Of a stretch of 64,000 nt of DNA, positions 37,973 through 50,400 are shown piece after piece (the stretch's first letter is position 1; every line of letters begins with the position of its first letter). Both the position numbers and the translations under genes were made by a program. The notes under the pieces are model-generated. The model saw only the letters and a list, made by a program, of their open reading frames with translations, did not search any database and was not told where the DNA came from. The stretch is taken from assembly GCF_052425735.1 (NCBI RefSeq), contig NC_135770.1, positions 19,964,001 through 20,028,000 of the forward strand. Direction: 5' to 3'. The stretch is from Oculina patagonica. Lineage: Eukaryota.

Positions 37973-39532
37973 CAATTAACCATAGTGGTTATGCAACAAT
38001 GTCAATCAAAAGCTATTTACAAAATCAAATGTCAATTGTTCATATATAAATGGAACAATCATCATCATCATCATCATTATTATTATTTCTGGAAAGTTCA
38101 GTCCCTATTACTGAAGCAGACAAGGGTCCACTCAACTCAGGGCTCTTTTGTGAGAAACAAAGGGAAGCCTTCCCTTGTATATATTTCTCAGTAAGAGCTT
38201 ACTGAGAAATATATGCCACTGTTATGTGACTGCAAATTAATTAGCCCCTTTTGACTGGTAAGGGGGATTAATAGAGAAAACATGGTATATGACTGAAAAT
38301 GAATTCATACATGTATAGTGTATGTGATGTACAATTATTCCCAATATTGATGGCACATCACTGTCAGGAATCAAATGCCGAAAACAGATAAGCAATGTTA
38401 AAACAGTCTGTCCTATATTAATAATAAAGAGGTTAATGGAGCTCACTTGAACATATTTTGTCATCAGGTCAACAAACAGATTGTCGCAACGTTTTGGACA
38501 GAAGAAACCCTGGCACTTTATAAATAGCTTTTTTTAGCTAATTCAATAAAACAAAATGAAGGGAAGGGGGTTTGCACCATAGTGAAGATGGTTTCTCTGT
38601 GTGATAAAAATAATAGGTACACAAAACTCCCAATCAGGAAGAATAACTAATTAATGCATGAAGCTATTGTATTTTGAAATCACACGGAAAACCCACCTTC
38701 GCCATGTTCTTGGTGTAAATTCCTTCCATAACGGCCAAGGAAAGACACAGGCACATAGGTTTAATAAAATATTCATTTCTTTTTATATTAGAATAAATAA
38801 GCTACTTAGCACCAGTAATTGATTAAGAGTTCCCTGTGTTTTGGATGTGTTTTTACCTTGCAGGTCCAACTTGGACTTCAAAGCTCTAGTGCAATAACAC
38901 CCAAGAACTCAGGTAAAAAGAACAGATAGCTCCCATAAAACATGTTTATTCTTTTTCATAAATTGACTAGGTTTGGTCAGGGATTATTTACAAAATTCAA
39001 GTTCGGTCATCATGAGGAGCCATATTCGATTATGAACGACAACAACAACTTCATTGGTAATTTTTTACAGAAAATGGCTGCCCAAACTAACTTTATGGAC
39101 TAATTTAAAACTGGGCGGCCATCCTTAGTGATTGCATCTTCTCAAGAAGTCCTGGCTTGTTAGAAATGGGGTCTTTAAAAGATGCAGTATTTTTTATTTT
39201 ATTTCCACTTATTTACTTAGTTTTCATTTTTTGTATTTTTTTTTCTCTTGGAGCTAATTGATCACAACATATATTACAGTAGTGGCTTGCCTAGAATAGC
39301 TTGGCTACCTTTGAGCTACTAAGGATCTGTAAAAAAAAAATCTGATGAAAATAAAATTACTGTTTACTGTTATTGGTTACTGTCATATGTGGTGGTGCCT
39401 AAACTGAGCACAAGCTGGTAGTTATCACGAGGGTCTGGATGAAAAAAAAAATGTGGTGTCTGAACCAGGCTTTTAGCCACGATTTTAAAAGTGGGAGTCC
39501 AAAATTTTTATAAGGCCTGACTTTGTCCCCAT

Positions 39533-42500
39533 CTCTATCTCTATATCTCTCCATGCCATAAAGCACATAAGGCTTTGGCATTCTCTTTCCACCCACTACG
39601 ATTTGCTGCAAGGGCTCTGACATTCGCCCATGACTGCCACCCAGCTGTTTGCCTTTCATCTTCAACCATCCTCCTCCATGTTGTTTTCGGTCGACCCGGT
39701 CTTCTTCTCCCTTCTGGCCTCCACTCCAAAGCTGTGACACAATGTTCCTCTCTGCCTTTCCTCATTGTATGACCAATCCAGTTCCATCTTCGGCGTCTGA
39801 TCTCATCGCTCGTTCTGTTCACTCCTGTATTCTCCTGGATTTGTTGGTGGGATATGGTCTGAGGCCACCTTATTCTTAGAATCCTCTTCATGCACTTGTA
39901 TTTGAAACCGTCCAGCTTCTTTGCTTCTGTTTTCGTAAGTTTCCAAGCCTCACATCAATACATCAAAACTGACCTAACAATTGTTTTAAACAATTGTACC
40001 TTCGTCTTCCTTCCAATCTCACTGGTGTCCCATAATCTTCGCATCCTATAGAAAGCCTGTCTAGCTTTACTTAGCCTATGTCCTTGGTTGTACCGCCTTC
40101 TTTGTCCACCAATGCACCTAAGTACACAAATTCTTCCACCTCATCTACCTGCTCAACATTAATCTCTAGTCGTTGGTCGTTTCTGGCATTCACTCGCATG
40201 ACTTTTGACTTCTTGCATTGACCTTAAGACCGACTCTTGCAGCTTCATCGACTAGCCTGCTGGTCTTATCTCTTATGTCGATGTACCTGGACGACAACAA
40301 AGCGATGTCGTCTGCAAAGTCCAGGTCTTCTAAGACCGAGGTGAACTTCCATCGTATACCAGTTCTTCTACCTTCCGTAGACCTGCTCATGACCCAGTCA
40401 ATTGCAAGTAGAAATAGGAAACCAGACATGACGCATCCTTGCTTTACTCCTGACTGGACTTCACTAAGCCGCGGTATTGCAGAATATACAGATTAGACAA
40501 ATGTCAATTTACAATGTTATATATTGTGTATAAATTTACGTTGGTGTCTATTCTCGAAATTACCATTACATACACTCTGTATACACTTTTGACTTTAGAC
40601 GTAAATAGACGTCTAAAGTGTATAATTATACACTTTATACACAATAGACAGAATAGACACGAGGATATAGAGTCAAGACCGAGAATATACACTTTATACA
40701 CTTTTGCCTTTAGACGTATAATAGACGTCTAAAGTGTATAATTATACACTTTATACACAATAGACAGAATAGACACGAGGATATAGAGTCAAGTCTGAGA
40801 ATATACACTTTATACCCTTAGGTATGTTGTAGAAGCTTTTGACTTTAGACGTATAATAGACGTCTAAAGTGTATAATTATACACTTTATACACAATAGAC
40901 AGAATAGACACAAGGATATTGAGTCAAGTCCGAGAATATACACTTTTGACTTTAGAAACATAGTAGATGTCTAAAGTGTATATTATTTTCGGACTTGACT
41001 CAATATCCTCGTGTCTATTCTGTCAATTGTGTATAAAGTGTATAATTATACACTCTAGACGTCTATTATACGTCTAATGTCAAAAGTGTATAAAGTGTAT
41101 ACTGATATACTTCGTTTTTTGAAAAATAACACTATACACTTTTGACTTTAGACATCTAATAGACATCTAAAGTGTATAATTATACACTTTCTACACAATT
41201 GACAGAATAGACATGGAGATGTAAGGTTAAGATTGAGAATATACACTTTATACAGGTTTGACATTAGACATCTAATAGACATTTAAAGTGTATAATTATA
41301 CACTTTATACACTTTATACAGAATAGACATGGAGATATTTGGTTAAGATTGAGAATATACACTTTATACAGGTTTGACATTAGACATCTAATAGACGTCT
41401 AAAGTGTAAAAAAACTTGTGCAGAATATACAGAATAGATAGCTCGTGTTAAGAGTGTATAAATATACAGCAATAGACATATATTGTTGTATAATTATACA
41501 CTTTATACCTCAGAGATATAAACTGTCTATTCTGCAATACCGGGCCTCACTCCTGAACTTGAAACCATTCTGTTGTTCCACCCTCATCCAAGACTGCGCA
41601 TTCGAAGTTGTTGTACATCGCCTTCACCAATGCGATAAGCTCTTCTGGGATTCCGTACATTGACATGATGTTCCACAGACTTTCTCTATGTACAGAATCG
41701 AATGCTTTCTCAAAGTCTATGAAATGGGTGTACAGAATTGCGCTCCATTCGTTGACTTGTTCCAGTATGTTCCTGAGAGCAAAGATCTGATCAATGGTAC
41801 TTCTGTTCTCTCGAAAGCCTGCTTGTTCCTTCCTCAGGATGTTGTCAACACCATTTTTGATTCTACTTATCAACACTCTTCCAAAGATCTTACTGATAAC
41901 TGGTAACAGCGTAATGCCCCTCCAATTCGTACACTCGCGTAGGTCCCCCTTCTTGGGTAACTTTACTATCAATCCTCTATTCCAGCTTTTTGGTACTACG
42001 CCCTTTTCCTTCACCTTGTTAAACAGCTTTGTCAGCTCCTTTGTTCTCTCATCTAGATCTGTTTTCAGGAGTTCTGCTACTACGTTATCAAGTCCAGCTG
42101 CCTTCCCATTTTTCGTTGATTTTATAGCTCTTTTCACTTCGGCTGGTTGAAATGGTCCAGTGTCAAATTCTATGTCATTTTGCCTTCTTTCCAATTCATG
42201 GGGCTAAATAGGACTTTCAGGTGGTTCTTTGTTGAGTACTGCCTCAAAGTGTTCTTTCCAGATCTTCAGTCTTTCACTCCCCTCATTTGTCGGTCTTCCG
42301 TTTTTATCGTTTACTGCTGTACTCGCTCCTTTCTTCTCACCCGTCAAGGTCTTCACTATTCGATGTAATTCCCCAGTTCTTCCATTTTCTGCCGCTCTCT
42401 CAGCATTGCCTGCCATCTCATTCAACCAGCGCCTCTTGCCTTCACGTGCACTCCTTTTCACTTCCCGGTCCTTTCCCTTATACTGCTCCCTTATTCTTTG

Positions 42501-43910
42501 TTTGACTCTTTCTGAACGTGTACTTTCGAGCTTCAGTTGTCTCCTTTCTTCTACTTTCTTCCACGTTCCTCCACATAACCAAGGTTTACTTGACCTCTTG
42601 GCTGTGCCCAGTACCTCTTTAGCAGTTGCAACATAGATGTTCTCCATTCTGTTGTTCTTTTGATCGGCATTTTCTTCTTCTTCCAATCCTTCTAGGACCT
42701 GGAATCTGTTTCTGACCTCAATGTTGGATTTGTTGCGTATTTCTTCATCTGCCAGTTTTTGCATGTCAAATCTTGTTCGACCTTCCTTTTCCCTTGGGCT
42801 TCTCTTTAACTTCAGCTTAAGCCTAGTCTCCACTAGATAGTGGTCACTTCCCACGTCTGCACCTCGCCGAACTACAGTGTTCATGACTGATGATCTATAT
42901 TCCTTAGCAATCATTGTGTGGTCTATCTGGTTTTTAGTTCTGCCGTTTGGTGATGTCCATGTTGCTTTATGAATTTCCTTATGGGGGAAAATCGTTCCTG
43001 TAATGACTAACCCGTTCATCTCACAGAACTCACACAGCCTTTCACCATTTTCATCCCTGACTCCTGTGTCATGTTGTCCCATCACTTCTCTTTCTTCAGT
43101 TGATCCTTTCCCTACTGTAGCATTAAGGTCTCCAGTAATAATCAGGATGTCGTGTAATTCTGTTGCATTTTTGTACCGTACTTTCTAGTTGCTCGTAGAA
43201 TTCATCTTTGCTCTCCACGCACGCGTCATTGGTCGGGGAGTATACATGTATCAATGTCAGTTTCCTATACTTTGAATAGAACCTTGCCCTGATGATCCTA
43301 CTACTTTCGGGTGTCCACTCCATAAGGCATTTAGCCGCTTGCTGGGACATCATAATTGCCACGCCTCCTTGATGAATCTCTTCACCACCGCTGTAAATTA
43401 TTACCTGCCCTGTGCTAAGTTTTGATTTTCCGCTTCCTCTCCACCTGCATTCGCTAATACCCAGAATATCCAGCTTATATCTTTCCATCTCTCTTGCTAC
43501 TTGGCCAGCTTTTCCGGTCTCAAACATTGTTCTAACGTTCCAATTTCCTATCCTGGTTTCGAGCTTCGGATTCACGATCGAAGCTATCGGCCTTTGGGTT
43601 TCATTTCGGCTTTGACCCAAATGCGTCATTCTGCTACTATGGGCCCTCGTCGCTTCACCGATGTTGGTAGTAATTTGAATGTCATCCGTTTCTGTAATAA
43701 ATTTGTTTTTTACAGGAGTGGTTATCAACCCCCAGCCCAACACCCAACCTGGAGGACCAGGGAGGTCACACTTCGTCTGGTCTCTACCCTTCGACCTGTT
43801 CGGCATGGGTGACCCTGCCAGGAGTACAAGACTCCAGCCGATATAGCTCTAAGGGTCACTGAGACACACAAACCATCCCACCGCGATAAGGTGGTGACCC
43901 CATGGGATAG
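39533..43910 (-). mobile_element. Full-length but frameshifted RTE-clade LINE
   Basis: 14-bp TSD gactttgtccccat (39519-39532, 43911-43924). EN fragments (IGNWNVRTM, LGISECRW, NQIDH, GSDHYLV), RT (FIDFEKAFDSV, GVKQGC, LDFADD), C-terminal GRRRPGRPKTTW, short microsatellite tail. ORF pieces at 43123-43806, 42204-43085, 41547-42194, 40190-40429 and 39541-39891. Confidence 0.93.
40468..41545. repeat. TIR element filled with a ~116-135-bp tandem repeat, inserted in the RTE RT domain
   Basis: cggtattgcagaata / tattctgcaataccg ends. Units contain the palindrome aaagtgtataattatacacttt; one unit is inverted at ~40985-41100. Confidence 0.85.
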
Positions 43911-44811
43911 GACTTTGTCCCCATAGGAGAGCCTAAAGGAGCATGCAAGGTGTTTTTCTGCAGTTACGAGTGCAAAGGTATCAAAAGATTTCCAAATTTG
44001 CTCAAAAAACGTCTGTATACAGTGAAAAGTGGCCGTCCATAGGACTCCTGGACTCCCACCTGGCTAGCTAAGAGCCTGGTCTGAACTTTGCAGAATGCAG
44101 ACTTAAAGAAATATATTGTGTTGCCTTAATTACCATTATTGAAAGCTCGTAACCGCCCCCCCCCAAATCACAACATGGTAATAATCAATCGCGCCGGGAT
44201 CGCGGTTATCGCAGTGCAATCGCGCTCACTTACAATCGCGTCGCACATGATTGCGTCCCAATGGCAACAAATCACGGCCATTGCAGCGCGATCGCAGCCA
44301 CAAAATTTTTACAAGGGCTATCCCTAAACAGGCTAACCGAAGTGCTATTTAGGCTAACCGAGTGAAAAGTTCACTTAGCCTACTATACACTCCGGTTAGC
44401 CTGTTTACGGTTAGCTGATTTTGTATTCAGCCACAATAAAGAACGAAATAAGGAGTGAGAGCATGCGATATTTGTTACTGGTCACCATGTAATTGGACAC
44501 TTGAGCTACATGCGCTCCAATTTTATGAAAAATAGGGTGTACTAAGAACCAATCAGATTCAAGAATTTTGTTATTGTTATCAATCCGTATCTTTCTGTGT
44601 GAGTGTGGTCATTCAATGTAGCTTTCTATCGATTCAAAGCTATGCCAAAACTGCAACAAGATGCAGAGCTTTATGTTAACAAAAAAAGTTGCAACAATTG
44701 TTGATACAAAACATCAGATTAGCTTTTCTACAGTAACAAACAAAATGGACAAACAAACATTCAATTAGCAACTAAATTTCAAAATAAAACCAGAGTCTAG
44801 ATTCGCCACAT

Positions 44812-45970
44812 GGGGGAAAGGGGGTACTATTAAATGGCCTATGCGGGGAGGCTCCTCCCATAAGGGGTACCTTTTTCAGGCTTCAGGTATATACAAGGGT
44901 AGGGATTTCACAAGTTTAGGTCTAAGAAAGGGTAGCAAAATCTATCCTTTAGATATTGAAAAGGGCCTTAATTGAAATATTTCAAACAGACACACCTTAT
45001 GGCTGTATCATTTTAATTTATTAAGGTCGCACATGACGCTTGCTCATTAATATTCATTAGCCAAATTTCTTGCCGAGGTGCTATCTCGTAATGCTTTAAT
45101 TCGCTGCATTTTGAACAACGATTCCTCTAAAAATTATCAAGGATATAAGGGGATGCTGGAATTACATAATGATTGTCCTTTTACTGAGAGATGACCGTTG
45201 TCTGTGATGTTACAAGCTCTTAAAAGTTTAACTGCAGATAATGCGATTTTGTGTCCAAGTTTTCAGCTAGAAGAGCGCACCGAAATAAATGATTTTATAA
45301 CCTACAGATAAATCATAACCTCTTTTATGTTCTGACAAGAACGAAATTTTCGATTTCAAAAAGTACTAGAAGATAATATATCTAAAGGTAGTAAAAATGT
45401 TAACTCTTAACTTTGAAACGTGCTGTCTTCATTTTGAGAAGGACTTTTCAAAATTCGCTCTTGTCAGAACACAATAGCGTACACCAAGTTTATGTTCCTA
45501 ACGAATCAACTCCTGAAATTCTATATCGGCGGAAGAAACTTGGACACAAAATTACAAGTTTTTACGCTTCCGAAGACCTTCCCAGTCAATGTTTACAATA
45601 ACGTGCGCTAAATTTAAAGCTATGAATCTAATTATGATAATTCGCTTTGTTCCAGCGCACGGGGCACAAAGCTGAGAACAATAACTCGTAATTACTTGTA
45701 CAAAGAACTTTAAGAAAACAATTCTCATGAATATTTCGTTTGCTGTCGGCTTCAGTCGTCGCATTTCGTGCATGCTCTTTAAATAAATACATAAATAATG
45801 ATTTCAAGGGTCCTGCGCGACCTTAAACGTTGTTTTATTTATATTAAGACTAATGAAAGGCATACGAAAAGGGAAAAGAGTACCGCTTCCATCAAGATGG
45901 TATAAGGGTAAGGGGTCATGGTAGATCTCCGGGTGGAGCCTCCCTGTTTAAAACTTATTTCAGTAGCCCC
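44812..45970. mobile_element. Degenerate CCCGGG-family MITE with an internal insert
   Basis: ggggtact...ggggaggctcc...tacctttttcaggcttcaggtat and ggagcctccc ends match 61603-62023 in reverse orientation. Confidence 0.6.
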
Positions 45971-46030
45971 ACAAGCCATTTCCTTTATTCAGTTTAAAGT
46001 TTTTGTTGCCTTGTTTTGCTCACTAGTGTA

Positions 46031-46220
46031 CAGTCAACTCTCTCTGAAATGGACACCTGGGACCGGCTCCAACTGTCCATCTTAGAGAGGTGTCCGTCGT
46101 CTTTTTAGTGAGTTTAGTTACAGTAAAATGGCTGAAGAACGGCAGGGACGGGACCAACACCAGGTGTCCGTCTTATGGAGGTGTCCGTCTTATAGGTATC
46201 CATTAAGAGAGAGTTGACTG
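46031..46220. mobile_element. Short pogo/Tigger-like MITE in the copy 4 3' UTR
   Basis: cagtcaactctctc / gagagagttgactg with TA TSD. Confidence 0.85.
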
Positions 46221-46279
46221 TAATCACTATTCTGCCCTATTTGAACAATCTGTCCAGCTGTTAATGAGTCTTCAGGAGC

Positions 46280-47428
46280 TTACTTGCAAAATGGGGAGTC
46301 TTTAGACAGCAGAAGAGACCAGCCTTGGAATGGCTGTACAGACACTGAATCTGAAGTGTCGTCAGTGTGGACAGTGAAACCCAGCATTCCTGCGACAAGC
46401 TTGGCATCATCCTTTATCCTAGACACGCGATCTTCAATGATGAGTGGAACAGTGACAAGACCAGTCGTCATGTTATAGATTTCCGTGGGACTTTTCTCTC
46501 CTTCCAGGAACTCGGTAATCCAGCCCCTGTACCCTGAGGTTCCACCTGACTCCCAAGCACGTTTATAGCTCATAATATGACTCCACCATTTTCTATCTGG
46601 TATCCCCTGGTAAGTAGCCAGTAACTTGCTGAAGACGTTTTCCACTAGATTCCACCACTCCGACGTCAAACCAAGATCATTCTCTATGGGTTCAAGCAGT
46701 GTTCGCAGTACCTTCAGTTTGGAATTTAATTTGCTCCAGTCGTCCTCAGTGCCTAGCATCTCCACTGCAGGGATTCCACAGAGAGTCCCCATCCTAAAGT
46801 CGAAATACTCTTGAACTGCATGCATCAATGTGATCTGCGAAACGATTTTCTGTACTGCAGTTGTGGTGCTGAAATCCGCCGTCATTCCATCCACGAACTC
46901 AGGTACTTTGACGTTATCTTGTATTCCTGTTGCTATTTGATCAAAGAACCAGCTGTAGTCGACTGTGTAGATGCTTGTGTTGGGCACAATCACCTCGATG
47001 GTTTTCTTTTCTTCGTGATCAACAAACATCTTGCGAACTGACTCTTTCTTCGCGTTTTTTTCGATGGCGCAAGCGACTCGTTTGATAACACTGAACCACC
47101 AGTCATCTGGCGAGGTTCGTAGTTTCCAGTGGTTGTTGTAGGCTGTCAGAACGGCAGAAAACAATCCGCAATCTCGAAGCGAATAAATGTTCTCAGTTGA
47201 CCCCAAGGCGGCTATCATTTCATTAGGACGATCGAATCTGCTCTGTTTTATGTTTTCTCTTTCTTGCGCGTACTCGTTGAGCAATTCCTTCGCTTGGCTT
47301 TGTACAAGCTTGCTGTCTTCAAACTTAGAAGGGACGAGTTTTTTGGCGAGCACGACACAAGTGATTTTCAATCCATCGGCCGTCATGCGCTGACTGATAA
47401 GAGGCGGCTTGGTTTCGTTGTTGCCCAT
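46280..47428 (-). CDS. DUF4419-like protein copy 4, intronless, ~382 aa (starts MGNNETK)
   Basis: Uninterrupted ORF with all family motifs; ATG at 47428. Confidence 0.88.
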   Translation of the reverse strand: MGNNETKPPLISQRMTADGLKITCVVLAKKLVPSKFEDSKLVQSQAKELLNEYAQERENIKQSRFDRPNEMIAALGSTENIYSLRDCGLFSAVLTAYNNHWKLRTSPDDWWFSVIKRVACAIEKNAKKESVRKMFVDHEEKKTIEVIVPNTSIYTVDYSWFFDQIATGIQDNVKVPEFVDGMTADFSTTTAVQKIVSQITLMHAVQEYFDFRMGTLCGIPAVEMLGTEDDWSKLNSKLKVLRTLLEPIENDLGLTSEWWNLVENVFSKLLATYQGIPDRKWWSHIMSYKRAWESGGTSGYRGWITEFLEGEKSPTEIYNMTTGLVTVPLIIEDRVSRIKDDAKLVAGMLGFTVHTDDTSDSVSVQPFQGWSLLLSKDSPFCK

Positions 47429-47429
47429 C

Positions 47430-50400
47430 GTGTGAGGAGCAAGAAAACAAAACACACCACGGAAGCTACCGGGGACAGATAATCAAGAAAGTCAGCTCAG
47501 TTCGAGGTCGTCGAGAGTATTTAAGGCATTCACTGCTGCTTAAAACGCTTTGAGGACTTTTTAGACTTTTTAGACGTCCAAACACGGATGTCTTATTGGT
47601 CATGTTACAGTATCTAATAATAAATATTACGACATAAAATTTAACCACGTATAAGGTCGGGACGTGACTAGTCGACAGGTTTCTGCGACAAGTCGTGTGT
47701 ACTGCTTCAAGCCGCTGTCACAAGGCGCTTGACACACAGCGAATTTTATTTGGAATAGTGGGAATATGAACTAAGTCTACACACGCTGCGTCAACCTGCT
47801 TTCGCTCATTTTGTCGCTGCTACCAGTCGCACGAATTCAAACTGGGTTGAATTCCTGCGACTGATCGCAGCGACAAAATTCTAATTCAAGAGAGTAGCAT
47901 TTAATTTCAGATCGAATGAAAGAAGTGTTTTACCGTTGCGAGTATTTTTCAGTTTGCTGGTTCGTCTTAATTTTCTATGGGAACACTTATAGCAACACTA
48001 AACTTTACAGGAGAAAGTTGTCATGATCTGATGAAAGACCTGACAGTGTTTCCCGTCGCAGCGCGATTATACGGCACGTGATTCATTAATTATCTTTATG
48101 TCGCAGACTTTTGCCACGCTATCACGTTTGCTAAACAAAACTTGAAATCCTTAGATGTAGTTGGTGATCTGTTCGATATAGTTAAGTACTGTAATGTCTA
48201 AAGTCAAAGCCGGCCTTAACATATGTCTTGCTAGAAAACGGTAGTACGTGATGCACTTAATGTGAATATTTGGACCTTTACCACTAAACTGAAACTACTT
48301 CCTGTTAATTAAACGTGGAAGAAATATCTACGACGATCTGTTCGCTAGAGTTAAGTACTGTACTGTCCGAAGTCAAAGTAGGTCTTAGTTTGCGTACGTG
48401 ATGCACTTGAAAGTAAATATTTGGGCCCTCTAGCTCTCTGCATGCTAAACTACTTCCGCGTGTAACAGGAAGTAGTAGCTAGAAACGCTTCGCGTGATGA
48501 AATGTCTTGTTTTGACAGCTTAGAAGACCAATACCTTAACTCAGCCAATGAGAATGTTTTTTGCCGGTCCAATATTTCGAATTAAAGCATAGACGGCAAC
48601 TCACTTGCAAATTATTCGTTTCTAATTATCAATGAGTCAGCAATTTCGACATAAGCCTACCGCTATATATAGAAAGCTGGTGTACCTACTAAAAACTAAA
48701 AACTAAAAAGAACTTAAACTTAGTATGTGTGGGCTGTGGTATTGCTTGAGGGATACTCCCCATGTAGAAGCTATAGCTTTTAGTAATTAGTCTCTGAAAG
48801 TCACGCTGTTGTGTTCGCTACACATAATATTTAGGGACTTCAAGCAACCATGACAGCGACGCTGAGGACAACGTTCATTAAAATATGAATTACTTTACCT
48901 TCGAATCTTGCGCGATAATCTAGATCCATTCTGTTTATCTATAATGGTTAGAGCTATTTCAGAACTGGATATAATGTAAGACAGCGTTCATGTCGAAAAA
49001 GAAAGTTGACCTTTTTTTAGTTTTTGTCATAATTGAAAGCAGCCTCTTGAGTATCGACAGAATTGAAAGCTCTTGTTGCCTTTCTTTTGCCAACTAGTAC
49101 AGCCACTATTTTGTCGTATGCATGTGCTTAATCTACATAAACAAAGCTAGGAATTGTTCAACTGTTTCTTCTGGCAACTTCAGATTACGTTGTTTGTATG
49201 AATAATTCCAGTAAGTCTACGGAGTTTTCTTAAGAAATGGCGAGTCTTTAGACAGCAAAAGAGACCAGCCTTGGAATGGCTGTACAGACACTGAATCTGA
49301 AGTGTCGTCAGTGTGGATAGTAAATCCCAGCATTCCTGCTACAAGCTTGGCTTCATCCTCCACGCAAGAGATGGGATCTTCAATGGTGAGTGGAACAGTG
49401 ACAAGACCAGTTGACATTTGATTGATTTGCATGAGGTCTTTCATTCCCTCGAGGAACTCGGTAATCCAGCCCCTGTACCCTGAGTCATCACCTGACTTGA
49501 AAGCTTCTTTGTAGCTCATAATATGACTCCACCATTTTCTATCAGGTATCCCCTGGTAAGTATCCAGTAACTTGCTAAACACTTTTTCCACTAGATTCCA
49601 CCACTCCAATTCCAAACCAAGATCGTTCTCTATGGGTTCAAGCAGTGTTCGCAGTACCTTCAGTTTGGATTTTAGTTTGCTCCAGTCGTCCTCAGTGCCT
49701 AGCATCTCCACTGCAGGGATTCCGCAGCGAGTCGTCATCTTAAATTTGAAATACTCTTGAACTGAAGACATCAATGTGATCTGCGAAACGATTTTCTGCA
49801 CTGCAGTTGTGGTGCTGAAATCCGCCGTCATTCCATCCACAAACTCAGGTACTTTGACGTTCTCTTGTATTCCCTTCGCTATTTGATCAAAGAACCAGGT
49901 GTAGTCAACGTTATAGATACTTCTCTCAGGTACTACCACATTGATGGTTTTCTATAATAACAATTTTAATATTAATAACATTAATAATTGATGATGATGA
50001 TGATGATATTAAAATAAACAGATACAGCATTAATAAAAATTTAAAAAAAATTACGTAAGATTAACCTTACGAAATTATTAAATTTTAAAAACACAGTGAC
50101 ATTGTACACTAATGAATGACTGTTTCCAAAGGAAACAGCTAATTTTGTTTCCTGAGAATCTAAATGTTTCCCGAGGCGAAAAGGGAAACAAAATTAACTG
50201 CTTTCCTGAGGGATCAGTCATTAAGTGTTTTATTATATAGCTCGTTGGTCAACATTTGTGGGCAACATTGTAATGTTACCCTCTGACGTCAGAGATTTTG
50301 GCGGGAAACAGTTTGGGAAACTTTCAACCTCGTTCCCAGGGCTTTTCCCTGGAAAAGGGAAACTTTTAGCGGAAAACAGCCTTTTTAATTCTACAATGTC

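Larger units (their letters stand above)
39466..44078. mobile_element. hAT-like MITE split by an RTE insertion
   Basis: caggcttttagc / gctaagagcctg TIR; 8-bp TSD gtctgaac (39458-39465, 44079-44086). Confidence 0.85.
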
